A stretch of 64,000 bases of DNA from Octopus vulgaris (lineage: Eukaryota). The translations under genes were made by a program, and so were the position numbers. This document shows, piece after piece, positions 25,393-37,869 of the stretch. The notes under the pieces are model-generated. The model worked only from the letters and a program-made list of their open reading frames with translations, was not told the DNA's origin and did no database searches. The stretch's first letter is position 1. The number at the start of each line of letters is the position of its first letter. The stretch lies in contig OX597828.1 in the NCBI GenBank assembly GCA_951406725.2, forward strand, positions 42,966,001 through 43,030,000, in the 5' to 3' direction.

Positions 25393-27431
25393 ATATTTCG
25401 GAATGGTCATATTGCCAGTTTAGCCAATAAAAACACACGCACTATATATTTGGTGTTATTTTGCTTCAGTGATATTTATTTTTTACATTAATCTTAATCT
25501 TATTTCGGCCAAAGTTCTTTCGTCACACTCCTGTGACCGCATCAGTGGTCCTTTGTTTTCTTCTCACTTACTTGTGTCTCTCCTTACTAACCGTCAGCCA
25601 TTTTGTATTTCTATTGTATGTCTTCATTTGCGCATGCTTATATCTCTATGTGCGTCTATGTTTATTTAGTGTGTGTGTGGGGGGATGCCTGTAATATTTG
25701 TATCTTCTGGTTATATACATTCTTGTAATTTGTATTTTGTTTTTGTTGTTGTTGCTTTTGTTCTAATTTTGTTCATGTGTTTACATCCACCCATTATCAT
25801 CATTACATATGCTTGTATGTATGTATAACAACAATATTAGTAATAATAATAATAAATCTAATCGAAAAAAAAAAAAAAAAAAAAAGAATATACATATACA
25901 CATATATATATACACACACATACATATACATATATATATACATATATACACACATATATACATATACATATATATACACATATACATATATATAGATATT
26001 CATTTCTATTTCTTTAATTACCTGTGTATTTATTATGTTTGCAGGATCCACTATTGTCATATGTTGTGGTGTGCGCTATTGCTCCATTCTAGTTTTCTAT
26101 TCAGGCTAGGTTTATTTTCTATTATATGTGTAGCTTCTGTAATTTGTCTAATTGTTGCATCTGTTCTATGTGTGGACAATATCTTAATCTCTATGTTATT
26201 GATTGATTCCCCGTGTTCTTGTTCGGCGTGTTGGTACAGAATCGATGAGCTTTTACCTTCCTTGAGTTGTCTCCAATGTTCATTCACCCGCTCACCAATG
26301 CTTCTTGCAGTTTCCCCTACGTATGTTACTGTCTTGTTACTGCATTGTCCCTCTATACATCTTATACTATAGACCACATTTCTGGCTTTACAGTTCGTTT
26401 GTGGGCTAAATCTACATACAGTGCAATAGTTATCCGTACAGAGAGTTCTACTAAAAGGATAGCTTCTACCAATTATAGATCTGATAGGGTTGCCTGGCTT
26501 TTCAACAACCTTAATTCTTAGTTTAAGTTTATCTAGGGTCCTTCTAAAGCGGTACGCTAGTTCACCTCCAGGGGTGGTGTCAACGAACATGACACTCTGG
26601 TATTTATGGCTATCATACCAAGAGTTGGCCTTCCCTATTTTCTTTTTTGTCCTTTCTATAGTGTTCCATGACTTGTTCCTATAGAGTGGGCAAATCCCAT
26701 TCCTATCATTACATAATATATTATCAAATTTTTTCATGGCTCCTTTGTATACTCTGATCCTTTCTTTATGGCTGTAACCTGAGAACTGCATGCGGTGAAT
26801 GAAATACTGTATGTGTCTCTTTAATTCTGTAGGCTCGCACATGCGTGACACATTTCTCATTATTCTGACGAGGTCTGCCATCAAAATATTGAATTTGGCA
26901 TTGCCCGCAATGGCTGAGTTCCGGTGGATCAGGTATTTTGAGGCCATAGGTTTTGCATAGTATGAATGAAGGATTTGGGTTTGGGTTTTATTTTTCACAA
27001 TTTCTAGCCAGAGTTCAGTGTCTAGTACTGGTAGTCTATGGTTGGGGTGTTTAGTGGGGTAGTCTATTGTGACCTTAATACTCTGGTGGATGGAGTTAGC
27101 TATTTGCTGGATGCTCTCCATAGTATTAGTTTCTATTACTATATCAACAGTACTCTCTTGTGGGGGTGCCTTTACTACTATATTGATATCATCAACATAG
27201 CGAGAGTACATGTTTACGAGTATGGATTTCTGCAGTAGGCATTCTTTAAGCCTTCTGTCCCACCATACCATGAAGAGGTTGGCCACATCACCAGCGATAC
27301 TAACACCGATGGCTGCCCCCTCGTCCTGGGCATATATTTTATTATTAAATTTAAATGTGTGGCCTTTTAGGGTAATTCTTATACTAGCTCCTAGTGCATG
27401 TGCGATCATTTTCTTTACCTGATGGACATTT
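25385..27431 (-). mobile_element. Inverted 5'-truncated copy of the same PLE (3' half of RT, GIY-YIG, 3' UTR/pLTR)
   Basis: Reverse complement of 30005-32051. ORF 26057..27409(-) equals the last 450 aa of the large ORF except one V/I change. Two 1-nt homopolymer differences are visible. TTT microhomology at the junction (27429-27431). Confidence 0.95.
25507..25551 (-). ncRNA. Hammerhead-like motif, mirror copy in the inverted PLE arm
   Basis: Reverse complement of 31885-31929. Confidence 0.7.
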
Positions 27432-27449
27432 ATTGGCTAAACTGGCAAT

Positions 27450-30400
27450 ATGACCATTCCGAAATATAACAATATCTGTTTCAACACACGACTTCACATA
27501 AAAAATCTTGCACAACAAATATTTAAACGTACTAACGTGAGCCACAGCCAGGCTTGCAAGATGCTGAAGAACACTATATTTTGTTGCCTAAAGAAAACTG
27601 TGACAACGCAACAGCTTCGTTTTATAAAACAATGTGTCTCGTCCAGGATATGTATCAACAAGGTCACAGCCAACGTTAAACGGCTTGACCTCACTAACGG
27701 ACAAGCGGAAAGACTAAAAAGGACGCTAATGGTAAATATTAGAAATAGAATATACAGAGAGCTGAGCGAACAAGAGAAGCGTAAACGTATATTTTTAAAA
27801 GAAATTAAAAGTATCACCACACGAAAGGAGAAAACCTTAATAATGGATATAATATATGAAGAAAACAGACATGTAATACACCAATGCAATATCCATTTTA
27901 AGAGGAAGTTATCGTGGTTGAAACAGAAACGTCAATATGAGCTCGCAAAGGAAAAAAAGCAGAAGTATCCAGATACAATAAATGGAATTATTATGGAAGA
28001 TGTGCTACTACCAGAAGAGTTCAATAAAGACAATGAAGCGAACATCTATGGGGGAGTAACAACGGACCCAGATGAAATATCGATACTTCAACTACCACCA
28101 AAGTATGCAGTGTATAGTAAAGTGAATACCATCAAATGCCTGTCCGAGATTGAAAAGTCGTTCACAAAAATACGTTGGAATTTAAATAGATACTATGACA
28201 ACAACACTTGCGACAACAACAACAACAACGCGAAAAACACTAACCGCAGCAACAACAACACAAACAATAATGACCGCAACAATAACAACCGTAGCAACAA
28301 AAGCAACACGAACCCTAACAGCGGCAACAACAACAACAACCCTAACAGCGACAACAACAATAACAATAGAAAAAATGTATGCATAGACACAAACAATAGA
28401 TACAAAAACAAAAACACAAACAGAGAGAGAAAAATCGTATACAACAGCAACAACAACAACAATTATAGGGAGAACCGACACACAAACACACACACATATA
28501 GCCATAGTCACAAAGACACGAATAAAAGTTGTGTCATAGGGGTCACGATGGAGAATAAAGTTGAATGCAACAGGATCCTTGGACAGGGAGTCAGCGGACT
28601 TGAAACAGATAACAATACTCATAGGAACAAAAATAACGACCGCAACAGGGGGATTGACAGGGACCAACAGACAGACATAAAACCCAACACTAATATAAAC
28701 AACACATATACCAGAAACAGGAACACTGAATATATCACTAGCGATGATAGTAATAATGGCAATGGTAGGAATAAAGGTAATAACAATAATAGTGGTAGTA
28801 GTAGTGGTGATGGTAACAGTAGAAGTAGTAATGAGGATAGTAGTGATAATTGTGGTGGTAATAGGAATACTAGTAGTAGTAGTAGTAGTGGTAATGGTGA
28901 TAATAATAATAGGAAGGCTGATGTTGGAAACAGTAACGATAATGAAGATAACCCTAGAGAGACCATTGACATGTATACCCATCCCTTTGACACTCAATTC
29001 TTCAACGTATGCGACAAAACTTACTGCATGAACCGAATTTATCCAACAACATTACCCTTCAACAAAAGAGTATACATCCCAAGACGTACTAATGACCACA
29101 TGGAAGCACAGTTCACTATAGCTAGGACCAAACTTAGACAGATTTTAGGATTATACATTAAGAGACAGAGACAGAATAAGACAGATGCCCAACAACTAGG
29201 GATTAAACCTGCATGTGGCCTACAGAAGCTCATTCAGCGCACGAGGAACGGAGAGGTGATATGCCTTCCCACGGATAAGTCCGGCAGGATGTCAATAGAC
29301 AGCTTACCGAACTACATCCAGGCAATGCAACCTCATATCGCCAATACAAAAGTAACAACTGTACAGGCGCATGAGGAGAGAGAAAAGGTCCTCAATGCCC
29401 ACATGATGATGTGGACAATTGTTCTGGGACTTCAGAAACGTACTGCAAAGAATTTCCAAGCCTGGAACAATGATATCCCGGCACTGTATGGACTTCGCAA
29501 GGACCATAAAGGTTTTACTGACCCTATAGCAGGACCACCAACAAGACCAGTCTGTGGAGCGAATATCGCTAGCAATTACAGAATCTCCTACTTCCTCTCA
29601 ATGATCATACGCCCTATAATCAGGATGTCACCTGATGTGTGTGACAGCACAGAAGATCTCCTAAGCAGGATCAGTGACTGTAACAAAACTTGTGACTTGA
29701 CAGGATGTATAGTAGGTAGCATGGATGTGGTATCCCTATACCCATCGATTGACGTAGATTTTGCAGTGGAGAAGTGCGTGGAGATGATCAACGAGAGCCA
29801 GGTGGAGTTCTGTAATGTCGACACAGAAGAACTGGGCCTCCTACTTAGACTGACATATAATAGTGAATACTTAGATAAACATAATCTTAGTAGTTTCTGC
29901 CCCAGTAGATGTTTAAGAGGTAGACCGCCTACAATTACTTCTATGGCTAGGAAGACACATATAGAAAGATGGCGCGGATGGACCAGAGCCATACGGAGCC
30001 CCGCAAATGTCCATCAGGTAAAGAAAATGATCGCACATGCACTAGGAGCTAGTATAAGAGTTACCCTAAAAGGCCACACATTTAAATTTAATAATAAAAT
30101 ATATGCCCAGGACGAGGGGGCAGCCATCGGTGTTAGTATCGCTGGTGATGTGGCCAACCTCTTCATGGTATGGTGGGACAGAAGGCTTAAAGAATGCCTA
30201 CTGCAGAAATCCATACTCGTAAACATGTACTCTCGCTATGTTGATGATATCAATATAGTAGTAAAGGCACCCCCACAAGAGAGTACTGTTGATATAGTAA
30301 TAGAAACTAATACTATGGAGAGCATCCAGCAAATAGCTAACTCCATCCACCAGAGTATTAAGGTCACAATAGACTACCCCACTAAACACCCCAACCATAG

Positions 30401-31379
30401 ACTACCAGTACTAGACACTGAACTCTGGCTAGAAATTGTGAAAAATAAAACCCAAACCCAAATCCTTCATTCATACTATGCAAAACCTATGGCCTCAAAA
30501 TACCTGATCCACCGGAACTCAGCCATTGCGGGCAATGCCAAATTCAATATTTTGATGGCAGACCTCGTCAGAATAATGAGAAATGTGTCACGCATGTGCG
30601 AGCCTACAGAATTAAAGAGACACATACAGTATTTCATTCACCGCATGCAGTTCTCAGGTTACAGCCATAAAGAAAGGATCAGAGTATACAAAGGAGCCAT
30701 GAAAAAATTTGATAATATATTATGTAATGATAGGAATGGGATTTGCCCACTCTATAGGAACAAGTCATGGAACACTATAGAAAGGACAAAAAAGAAAATA
30801 GGGAAGGCCAACTCTTGGTATGATAGCCATAAATACCAGAGTGTCATGTTCGTTGACACCACCCCTGGAGGTGAACTAGCGTACCGCTTTAGAAGGACCC
30901 TAGATAAACTTAAACTAAGAATTAAGGTTGTTGAAAAGCCAGGCAACCCTATCAGATCTATAATTGGTAGAAGCTATCCTTTTAGTAGAACTCTCTGTAC
31001 GGATAACTATTGCACTGTATGTAGATTTAGCCCACAAACGAACTGTAAAGCCAGAAATGTGGTCTATAGTATAAGATGTATAGAGGGACAATGCAGTAAC
31101 AAGACAGTAACATACGTAGGGGAAACTGCAAGAAGCATTGGTGAGCGGGTGAATGAACATTGGAGACAACTCAAGGAAGGTAAAAGCTCATCGATTCTGT
31201 ACCAACACGCCGAACAAGAACACGGGGAATCAATCAATAACATAGAGATTAAGATATTGTCCACACATAGAACAGATGCAACAATTAGACAAATTACAGA
31301 AGCTACACATATAATAGAAAATAAACCTAGCCTGAATAGAAAACTAGAATGGAGCAATAGCGCACACCACAACATATGA
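27450..31379 (+). CDS. Penelope-like retroelement polyprotein (reverse transcriptase + C-terminal GIY-YIG endonuclease), probably Naiad clade; intact
   Basis: Uninterrupted 1309-aa ORF. PLE RT motifs: TDKSGR (DKG-equivalent), LYGLRKDHK, PPTRPV, SMDVVSLYPSI, QDEGAAIGVSIAG..A..FM..WD, RYVDD, LPVLD, YYAKP. These are followed by a Cys knuckle (CTDNYCTVC) and a GIY-YIG domain (NVVYSIRC..C..YVGETAR..ER..EH..HAEQEH..E..I..P.LN). Confidence 0.95.
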   Translation: MTIPKYNNICFNTRLHIKNLAQQIFKRTNVSHSQACKMLKNTIFCCLKKTVTTQQLRFIKQCVSSRICINKVTANVKRLDLTNGQAERLKRTLMVNIRNRIYRELSEQEKRKRIFLKEIKSITTRKEKTLIMDIIYEENRHVIHQCNIHFKRKLSWLKQKRQYELAKEKKQKYPDTINGIIMEDVLLPEEFNKDNEANIYGGVTTDPDEISILQLPPKYAVYSKVNTIKCLSEIEKSFTKIRWNLNRYYDNNTCDNNNNNAKNTNRSNNNTNNNDRNNNNRSNKSNTNPNSGNNNNNPNSDNNNNNRKNVCIDTNNRYKNKNTNRERKIVYNSNNNNNYRENRHTNTHTYSHSHKDTNKSCVIGVTMENKVECNRILGQGVSGLETDNNTHRNKNNDRNRGIDRDQQTDIKPNTNINNTYTRNRNTEYITSDDSNNGNGRNKGNNNNSGSSSGDGNSRSSNEDSSDNCGGNRNTSSSSSSGNGDNNNRKADVGNSNDNEDNPRETIDMYTHPFDTQFFNVCDKTYCMNRIYPTTLPFNKRVYIPRRTNDHMEAQFTIARTKLRQILGLYIKRQRQNKTDAQQLGIKPACGLQKLIQRTRNGEVICLPTDKSGRMSIDSLPNYIQAMQPHIANTKVTTVQAHEEREKVLNAHMMMWTIVLGLQKRTAKNFQAWNNDIPALYGLRKDHKGFTDPIAGPPTRPVCGANIASNYRISYFLSMIIRPIIRMSPDVCDSTEDLLSRISDCNKTCDLTGCIVGSMDVVSLYPSIDVDFAVEKCVEMINESQVEFCNVDTEELGLLLRLTYNSEYLDKHNLSSFCPSRCLRGRPPTITSMARKTHIERWRGWTRAIRSPANVHQVKKMIAHALGASIRVTLKGHTFKFNNKIYAQDEGAAIGVSIAGDVANLFMVWWDRRLKECLLQKSILVNMYSRYVDDINIVVKAPPQESTVDIVIETNTMESIQQIANSIHQSIKVTIDYPTKHPNHRLPVLDTELWLEIVKNKTQTQILHSYYAKPMASKYLIHRNSAIAGNAKFNILMADLVRIMRNVSRMCEPTELKRHIQYFIHRMQFSGYSHKERIRVYKGAMKKFDNILCNDRNGICPLYRNKSWNTIERTKKKIGKANSWYDSHKYQSVMFVDTTPGGELAYRFRRTLDKLKLRIKVVEKPGNPIRSIIGRSYPFSRTLCTDNYCTVCRFSPQTNCKARNVVYSIRCIEGQCSNKTVTYVGETARSIGERVNEHWRQLKEGKSSSILYQHAEQEHGESINNIEIKILSTHRTDATIRQITEATHIIENKPSLNRKLEWSNSAHHNI

Positions 31380-31884
31380 CAATAGTGGATCCTGCAAACA
31401 TAATAAATACACAGGTAATTAAAGAAATAGAAATGAATATCTATATATATGTATATGTGTATATATATGTATATGTATATATGTGTGTATATATGTATAT
31501 ATATATGTATATGTATGTGTGTGTATATATATATGTGTATATGTATATTCTTTTTTTTTTTTTTTTTTTTCGATTAGATTTATTATTATTATTACTAATA
31601 TTGTTGTTATACATACATACAAGCATATGTAATGATGATAATGGGTGGATGTAAACACATGAACAAAATTAGAACAAAAGCAACAACAACAAAAACAAAA
31701 TACAAATTACAAGAATGTATATAACCAGAAGATACAAATATTACAGGCATCCCCCCCACACACACACTAAATAAACATAGACGCACATAGAGATATAAGC
31801 ATGCGCAAATGAAGACATACAATAGAAATACAAAATGGCTGACGGTTAGTAAGGAGAGACACAAGTAAGTGAGAAGAAAACAAA

Positions 31885-31929
31885 GGACCACTGATGCGGT
31901 CACAGGAGTGTGACGAAAGAACTTTGGCC
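31885..31929 (+). ncRNA. Minimal type-I hammerhead ribozyme-like motif in PLE 3' pLTR (A9C variant)
   Basis: ggacca CTGATGC g gtcaca-ggag-tgtgac GAAAG aa CTT tggcc: core boxes, 6-bp stem II, stem I cca/tgg. The older copy at 9213 has the canonical CTGATGA. Confidence 0.7.
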
Positions 31930-32220
31930 GAAATAAGATTAAGATTAATGTAAAAAATAAATATCACTGAAGCAAAATAACACCAAATATATAGTGCGTG
32001 TGTTTTTATTGGCTAAACTGGCAATATGACCATTCCGAAATATAACAATATCTGTTTCAACACACGACTTCACATAAAAAATCTTGCACAACAAATATTT
32101 AAACGTACTATATATATATATATATATATATAAAATACAAAATGGGGCAAGACCGGTCTCTCTCTATATGTGTGTGTGTGTGTGTGTGTGTGCGTATATA
32201 TGTGTATTTATAAGTATCTA

Positions 32221-32258
<38 letters not shown>

Positions 32259-32398
32259 TTATATATACATACATATATATATGCTCAGCTATAGAAATGT
32301 ATATATATAATTATTTGAGGGAATATTAATCCTAACTTACAGGGAAAAAATTCAATTTAGAAATACTAAATCAAATTTCACGCAATATAATATATATA

Positions 32399-32783
32399 TC
32401 TCTCTATATATAAACGGCAGTTTGTCTGTGCGTGTTTCTGTGTGTCTGTTTGCTTGTACCCTCACCCTGACCACGGCTTTCAACCGATTCTGATGAAACT
32501 TGACACACACATAGCCCAATGTCATAATTCAAAACTAACGCAGCCAAAATTTTGAAAAGTTCCCCCAGTTCTGAAAAAAATCGATAAATTCGACATGGGG
32601 TCGAGAATTAGAAACACGAACCACAAACTGTCTAGGGGACGCAACTCCATCCTTTTTTAACTCTCAAAAAAAATTTACCATCATTTTTTTCCATTTTTTT
32701 GCTATTTTTTGGCTATAACTCTCTAAAAATGTTTTATAGTTATTTCCCTTACAAACCTGAGCAACGCCGGGCGATACTGCTAG
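32399..32783 (+). mobile_element. Non-autonomous Helitron-like element
   Basis: A|TC...hairpin...CTAG|T termini; homologous to 18106-18572. Confidence 0.75.
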
Positions 32784-33040
32784 TATATATATATATATAT
32801 AATTAGAAAGAACCACCTTTTATCAATTCAAAATGAAGAATTAAATTACACCAACTAGAAAAGTACATATAATAGAAATATTAAAATTAAAATAACAATA
32901 AAATACCAATGATTAAGTAAATTACAAAAAAATAAAAAAAAATTATATATATACATTTCTATAGCTGAGCTTATATATATGTTTGTATATATAAACATAT
33001 ATATATATATATGCAGAGATACTTATAAATACACATACAT

Positions 33041-33089
<49 letters not shown>

Positions 33090-33118
33090 GAGAGAGAGAC
33101 TGTTCTTTTCCCATTTTG

Positions 33119-33150
<32 letters not shown>

Positions 33151-33209
33151 TATATGCTGATCTATATAAATGTATATATATATATACGTATATAGATGCA
33201 TATACATAC

Positions 33210-33244
<35 letters not shown>

Positions 33245-33249
33245 AATGC

Positions 33250-33310
<61 letters not shown>

Positions 33311-34052
33311 CAGATATATATATATACAGATATATAAACAGATAGATATCTGTATATAGTTGTAGATAAATATACGCACGTACATACATAGACGCTTACA
33401 TATTTGTATGATACACTCAGTGCTTATACAATCTTGTTTGGTTACATTATACATATATGAAATACATATGCATGTGTACATCAAGTGATAGACAGCTGTT
33501 ATTAAACAATATAGCCATTCTCTCTTAAAGTATTCCCACGTCAGACATAACCAGATGCCTTAAATATCTAGAGCAGACATAACTAATCTATCACACCAAA
33601 GTCAATGTCACATGACCTGACTTTGTTAATAAATATATTAACTTCTCTTCGTTTTAGATTTGTAGTATATGTCATCGTTACTATGTCATGGCTCTTTTTT
33701 ATCCCAGGTTACTCGTGTTCAGCTAGAAACCAATAAATAGGCGGTCTAAACTTGACAGTGCAGTTATATATATATATATATATATCACGTGATCACATGG
33801 CCGACGACCAGGTTATCAAATGATAGACATCGCTTGTCACAGCGCGCTTTTGCATGGTTTCTGCATTCAAATGACGCCAACCCACTGGCTAGGCGACCAG
33901 ATCAACAATCCACTCTGATCGAATGGGGGACTGGAGCAATGTGAAATGAAGTGTTTTCCTCAAGAACGCAACATGACGCCCAGTAAGGGAATCGAACTCA
34001 CGATCTAGCGATCATGAGTGCAACAGCCTAACGCTAGGCCGCGCGCCTTCAT

Positions 34053-34100
<48 letters not shown>

Positions 34101-35195
34101 CACACACACACACAGAGAATCTCATAAACTTTCGAGAAAACATGAAATACGAATAGCGAGCTGGTTGAATCGTGAGCACGCCGAGAATAAAGCTTAGCGG
34201 CATTTCGTCCGTCTTTACGTTTAGAGTTTAAATTTCGCCATGGTCGACTTTACTTTTCATCCTTTCGGGGTTGATAAAATGAATACCAGTTGCCTACTTG
34301 GGGTCGCTGTAATCGGCTTACCCCCTCGCCAGAATGTGTTGACCTTGTGCCAAAATTCATAATCAATCTTCATCCGAGTGCAAAAGTTTTAACGTCGCAC
34401 ACCATTACCGTACGATACCATAACCATCGGCATATACTTTTCTACTCTACGCACAAGGCCCGAAATTTTTGGGGAGAGGAGACAACTGGTACATAATTTA
34501 TCGAACCTCAAATGATGAAGGGTAAAGTCGGCCTCGGAGGAATCTGAAGTCAGACGAATTACAGCTGAGTATTTCCGCCTGGAGTGCAAACGTTTCTGCC
34601 AGCTCGCCGCCTTATTGCCACTGGCATATAGGTCACACAAATAGACAAGTTCCCAGTTTAAATGTTTCAACATTTTAATAATGAATGCAGAATTTTAATC
34701 CTCCCCACACACCCCAAAAATAAATAAAATCAAAGAACAAAAACAAAACAAATTAAAATTATAGCCGTCACTTTCATGGACAGCTCCTAGACATGTATTG
34801 CCACAATCATAGTAAATGGTACACGCTCTAAAACCTACCTACCTACCCTTTAAAACTACCTACCGACCGGCATTGCAACCTACATACCTTCCGGTAAACC
34901 TACCTATATGCATACCAACATACCACCCCATGTACCTCCTCAAAACTACCCGACTAGTCTTCTAACCCACCTCCAAATCGCATACCTACCTACCTACCTA
35001 CATATTTACATACCTACCCAGCTACTACTTATCTATGTACGTACTTACATACGTACCTATGTACCTACATACCATCTTATATATATATATATATAAATAT
35101 ATGATAGTTAGAATCGACATTTCAACGTATCTACCTATCAGCCTACTGCACGTACATTTCAACATATCTATCTATGTATCTGTCCTCGATATGTC

Positions 35196-35284
<89 letters not shown>

Positions 35285-35479
35285 ACATGCCCTCAAATAC
35301 ATGCCCACACACGCACACTCATACGTTATATGCACATATACATATACATGTAAGTGTATATGTGTGTATGTGACTGTATACGCATATTGACTGTTTAAGT
35401 ATGTACGCGTGAATATACATATATTTAAAAATACTTACTAACATATATATGTATATAAACATGCATACATATATATATG

Positions 35480-35511
<32 letters not shown>

Positions 35512-35537
35512 TGTATGTATGTATGTATGTATGTATG

Positions 35538-35578
<41 letters not shown>

Positions 35579-35679
35579 CTCTGTATATATATACATACAT
35601 ACACATACTGACATGTGTATATCTATCTATCCATATACATATACTTGTGTGTATATGTATGTAGGTATCTATATATAAT

Positions 35680-36445
35680 TTACATAAACGACCTTTCCAG
35701 CGTCGTAAATCACTGCAAAGTGAAAATATTTGCTGATGGCACGAAGCTCCAGAAAATCATCAATGAAGAAGAAGACCGAACTCAACTCCAGTCTGATCTA
35801 GATGCTGTGAGTCAATGGGCAGACAAAAACAAAATGCAACTAACGGAGGGAAAATTTGAGCTGATGCATTTTGGAAGAAAGTCTATACTAAAACAGCCAT
35901 ACTCTCTTCCTTCAAGGGAACCGCTCACAGCATCTAATAATATCAGAGACCTAGGTTTAATTGTTGATAACAATCTCAGTTGGAGTGCCCACATCAACAA
36001 TTAGGTCGATATAGTTCGTAGGATGAGCTCCTGGATCTTAAGAACCCTCCGGTCCAGAGAACAAGGTGTCATCATTCAACTTTTCTCCTCCTATGTACGG
36101 CCAAACCTCGAATACTGCTGCCCCTTGTGGTCTCCCCATACAAAACAAAACATATCTAAAAGTGAATCACCCCAGAGGGTACTCACTAAACGAATTGAAG
36201 GCATGACTAATCTTCATTATTAGGATCGCCTTAAAGCCTTGAAACGCTACTCTCTCCAGCGCCGCCGTAAGCGGTACATCACTTGTTCAATGTGGAGAAT
36301 ATACCGCCAGCATTGCCCAAACGACCTGAACATTAGTTTCGAGGTTCATCCAAGGCTGGAACCACGGGCCATACGTCCCCTGCCCAATTCAAGATCACAA
36401 CATATAGGTATACTGCAACACAATTTCTTTTTTTCAACTGTAACT
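35680..36445 (+). mobile_element. CR1-group LINE RT fragment
   Basis: IIYINDL..KIFADGTKL..LQSDLDAVSQW..IRDLG..YVRPNLEYCCPLWSP..YSLQRRR, with stops. Confidence 0.85.
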
Positions 36446-37869
36446 ATCTGTTACATGTTGGTTTTTATTTGACATCGCTTTCCCTATTGACCTTCACCAT
36501 CCACCACATCACTTTATATACATATGTATATATATGTATATATATGTTTGCTAAATAATTCGAAACCTAGGTATATAACCGTAAAAAAATAAAAAAGGTA
36601 AAAGTTTTTATTTTTCATTCCCTTCGAAAATTGCTGTTAAATGTGGTAGATTCGTAAATAATGGTGCAAAGTAGCACCCGCAATTCCTAGAAATAAGAGC
36701 TAAAAACTATAACTCGAACAGTCACACAAAATCACCAACCTCGTGAGATATTCAAGCAGCAAGCCACAGCATCTTTCTTCGGCGGGATAAGCTCACAGAA
36801 GGAAGTAGTTTGATAAAACTCTGTCACGTGGTTTCGAAATTTAACTAGCATGGTTTTGTTTCTCCTCCGGTGTTTCCATAATTTACTCCGGTTGAAAGAG
36901 ATAGTTTGTTTCACAAATGCTCATAAGGGATACAATCCCCCTACGAACACGCGCACGCACACACGTACACACACATATATACATACATACATAATACAGA
37001 CCTTTAGGAAAAGCAACTTTAGTTGCCAAACCGTGGGTTGTATAGTGACTGTCAGCTTATCGAAATCATTTTTAATTTCAGTATCGGAAGAAATGGGTTA
37101 ATTATGATGTTAATAAACACGTTTTGTCCACCTTTTGTGATTTGTACTAGCTGATGATATGATCAAAGCTTACTAACTTCCTAGTATTGGATCCTGGGAT
37201 TATTCATTTCTACTATATACTCATTTATATATATATGTATATATATAATGACAATAATAATATTAGGGAGTATAACTCCAAACTTACAGGGAAAATTTCA
37301 ATTTAGTATTAGATCAAATTTCGCTATATAAATATATAATGCATAATAGTGTTTTTTCTCTCTAATTTATATATTATATGTGTGTGTATATATGTATATA
37401 TATATATATATATATATTGCTACATCTTGACAGATGATAGCCGTCCCATAAACACACCACATACCATCACATAGTACAATCACTCCGTTGATGAGCCCTT
37501 ATATGACTTTTAAGACCAGCTGCTGACAGAGTTTAAAATACAAGTGACAGCTATTAATCAAGTTTTTTCTATATCTTTTCCCTTTGGTATCTGATTCTGA
37601 AGGAATGTTTTGTGAACTAGCATATGACTTTCAAGTCCAGATATTATCTTACAAGATTTTTATCATATGACACAAGTCGTAAGAAGTAGTTGGTGTCCAA
37701 GATCATTACCTGTCTGGGCATTACGACTTTCATGTGACTTCATATAGTTTACGTATCCTGTTTTGACAACAGAACACGGTCACATATAATACTTATCCAA
37801 TGTTCACTGTTAATTGCAATTCCAATTGTTTCTTTTGCGACTGGTCCTTTTAAACTCACAGTGCATGAA

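Larger units (their letters stand above)
27429..32110 (+). mobile_element. Full-length PLE copy: one 4576-bp unit plus a 106-bp terminal direct repeat (pLTR/tail)
   Basis: 27429-27534 is repeated at 32005-32110 (ORF ATG at 27450 recurs at 32026). The 3' UTR carries a hammerhead motif, and the element ends directly in (TA)n. Confidence 0.92.

Noticed and set aside
26057-27409. 450-aa minus-strand ORF as an independent gene
   Set aside because: It is the inverted duplicate of the PLE ORF C-terminus, starting at an internal Met and lacking the N-terminal RT motifs
31377-31450. Possible selenocysteine read-through (some Naiad PLEs are selenoproteins; this ORF ends in TGA)
   Set aside because: No internal in-frame TGA, a TAG follows two codons later, and no SECIS was recognisable by eye
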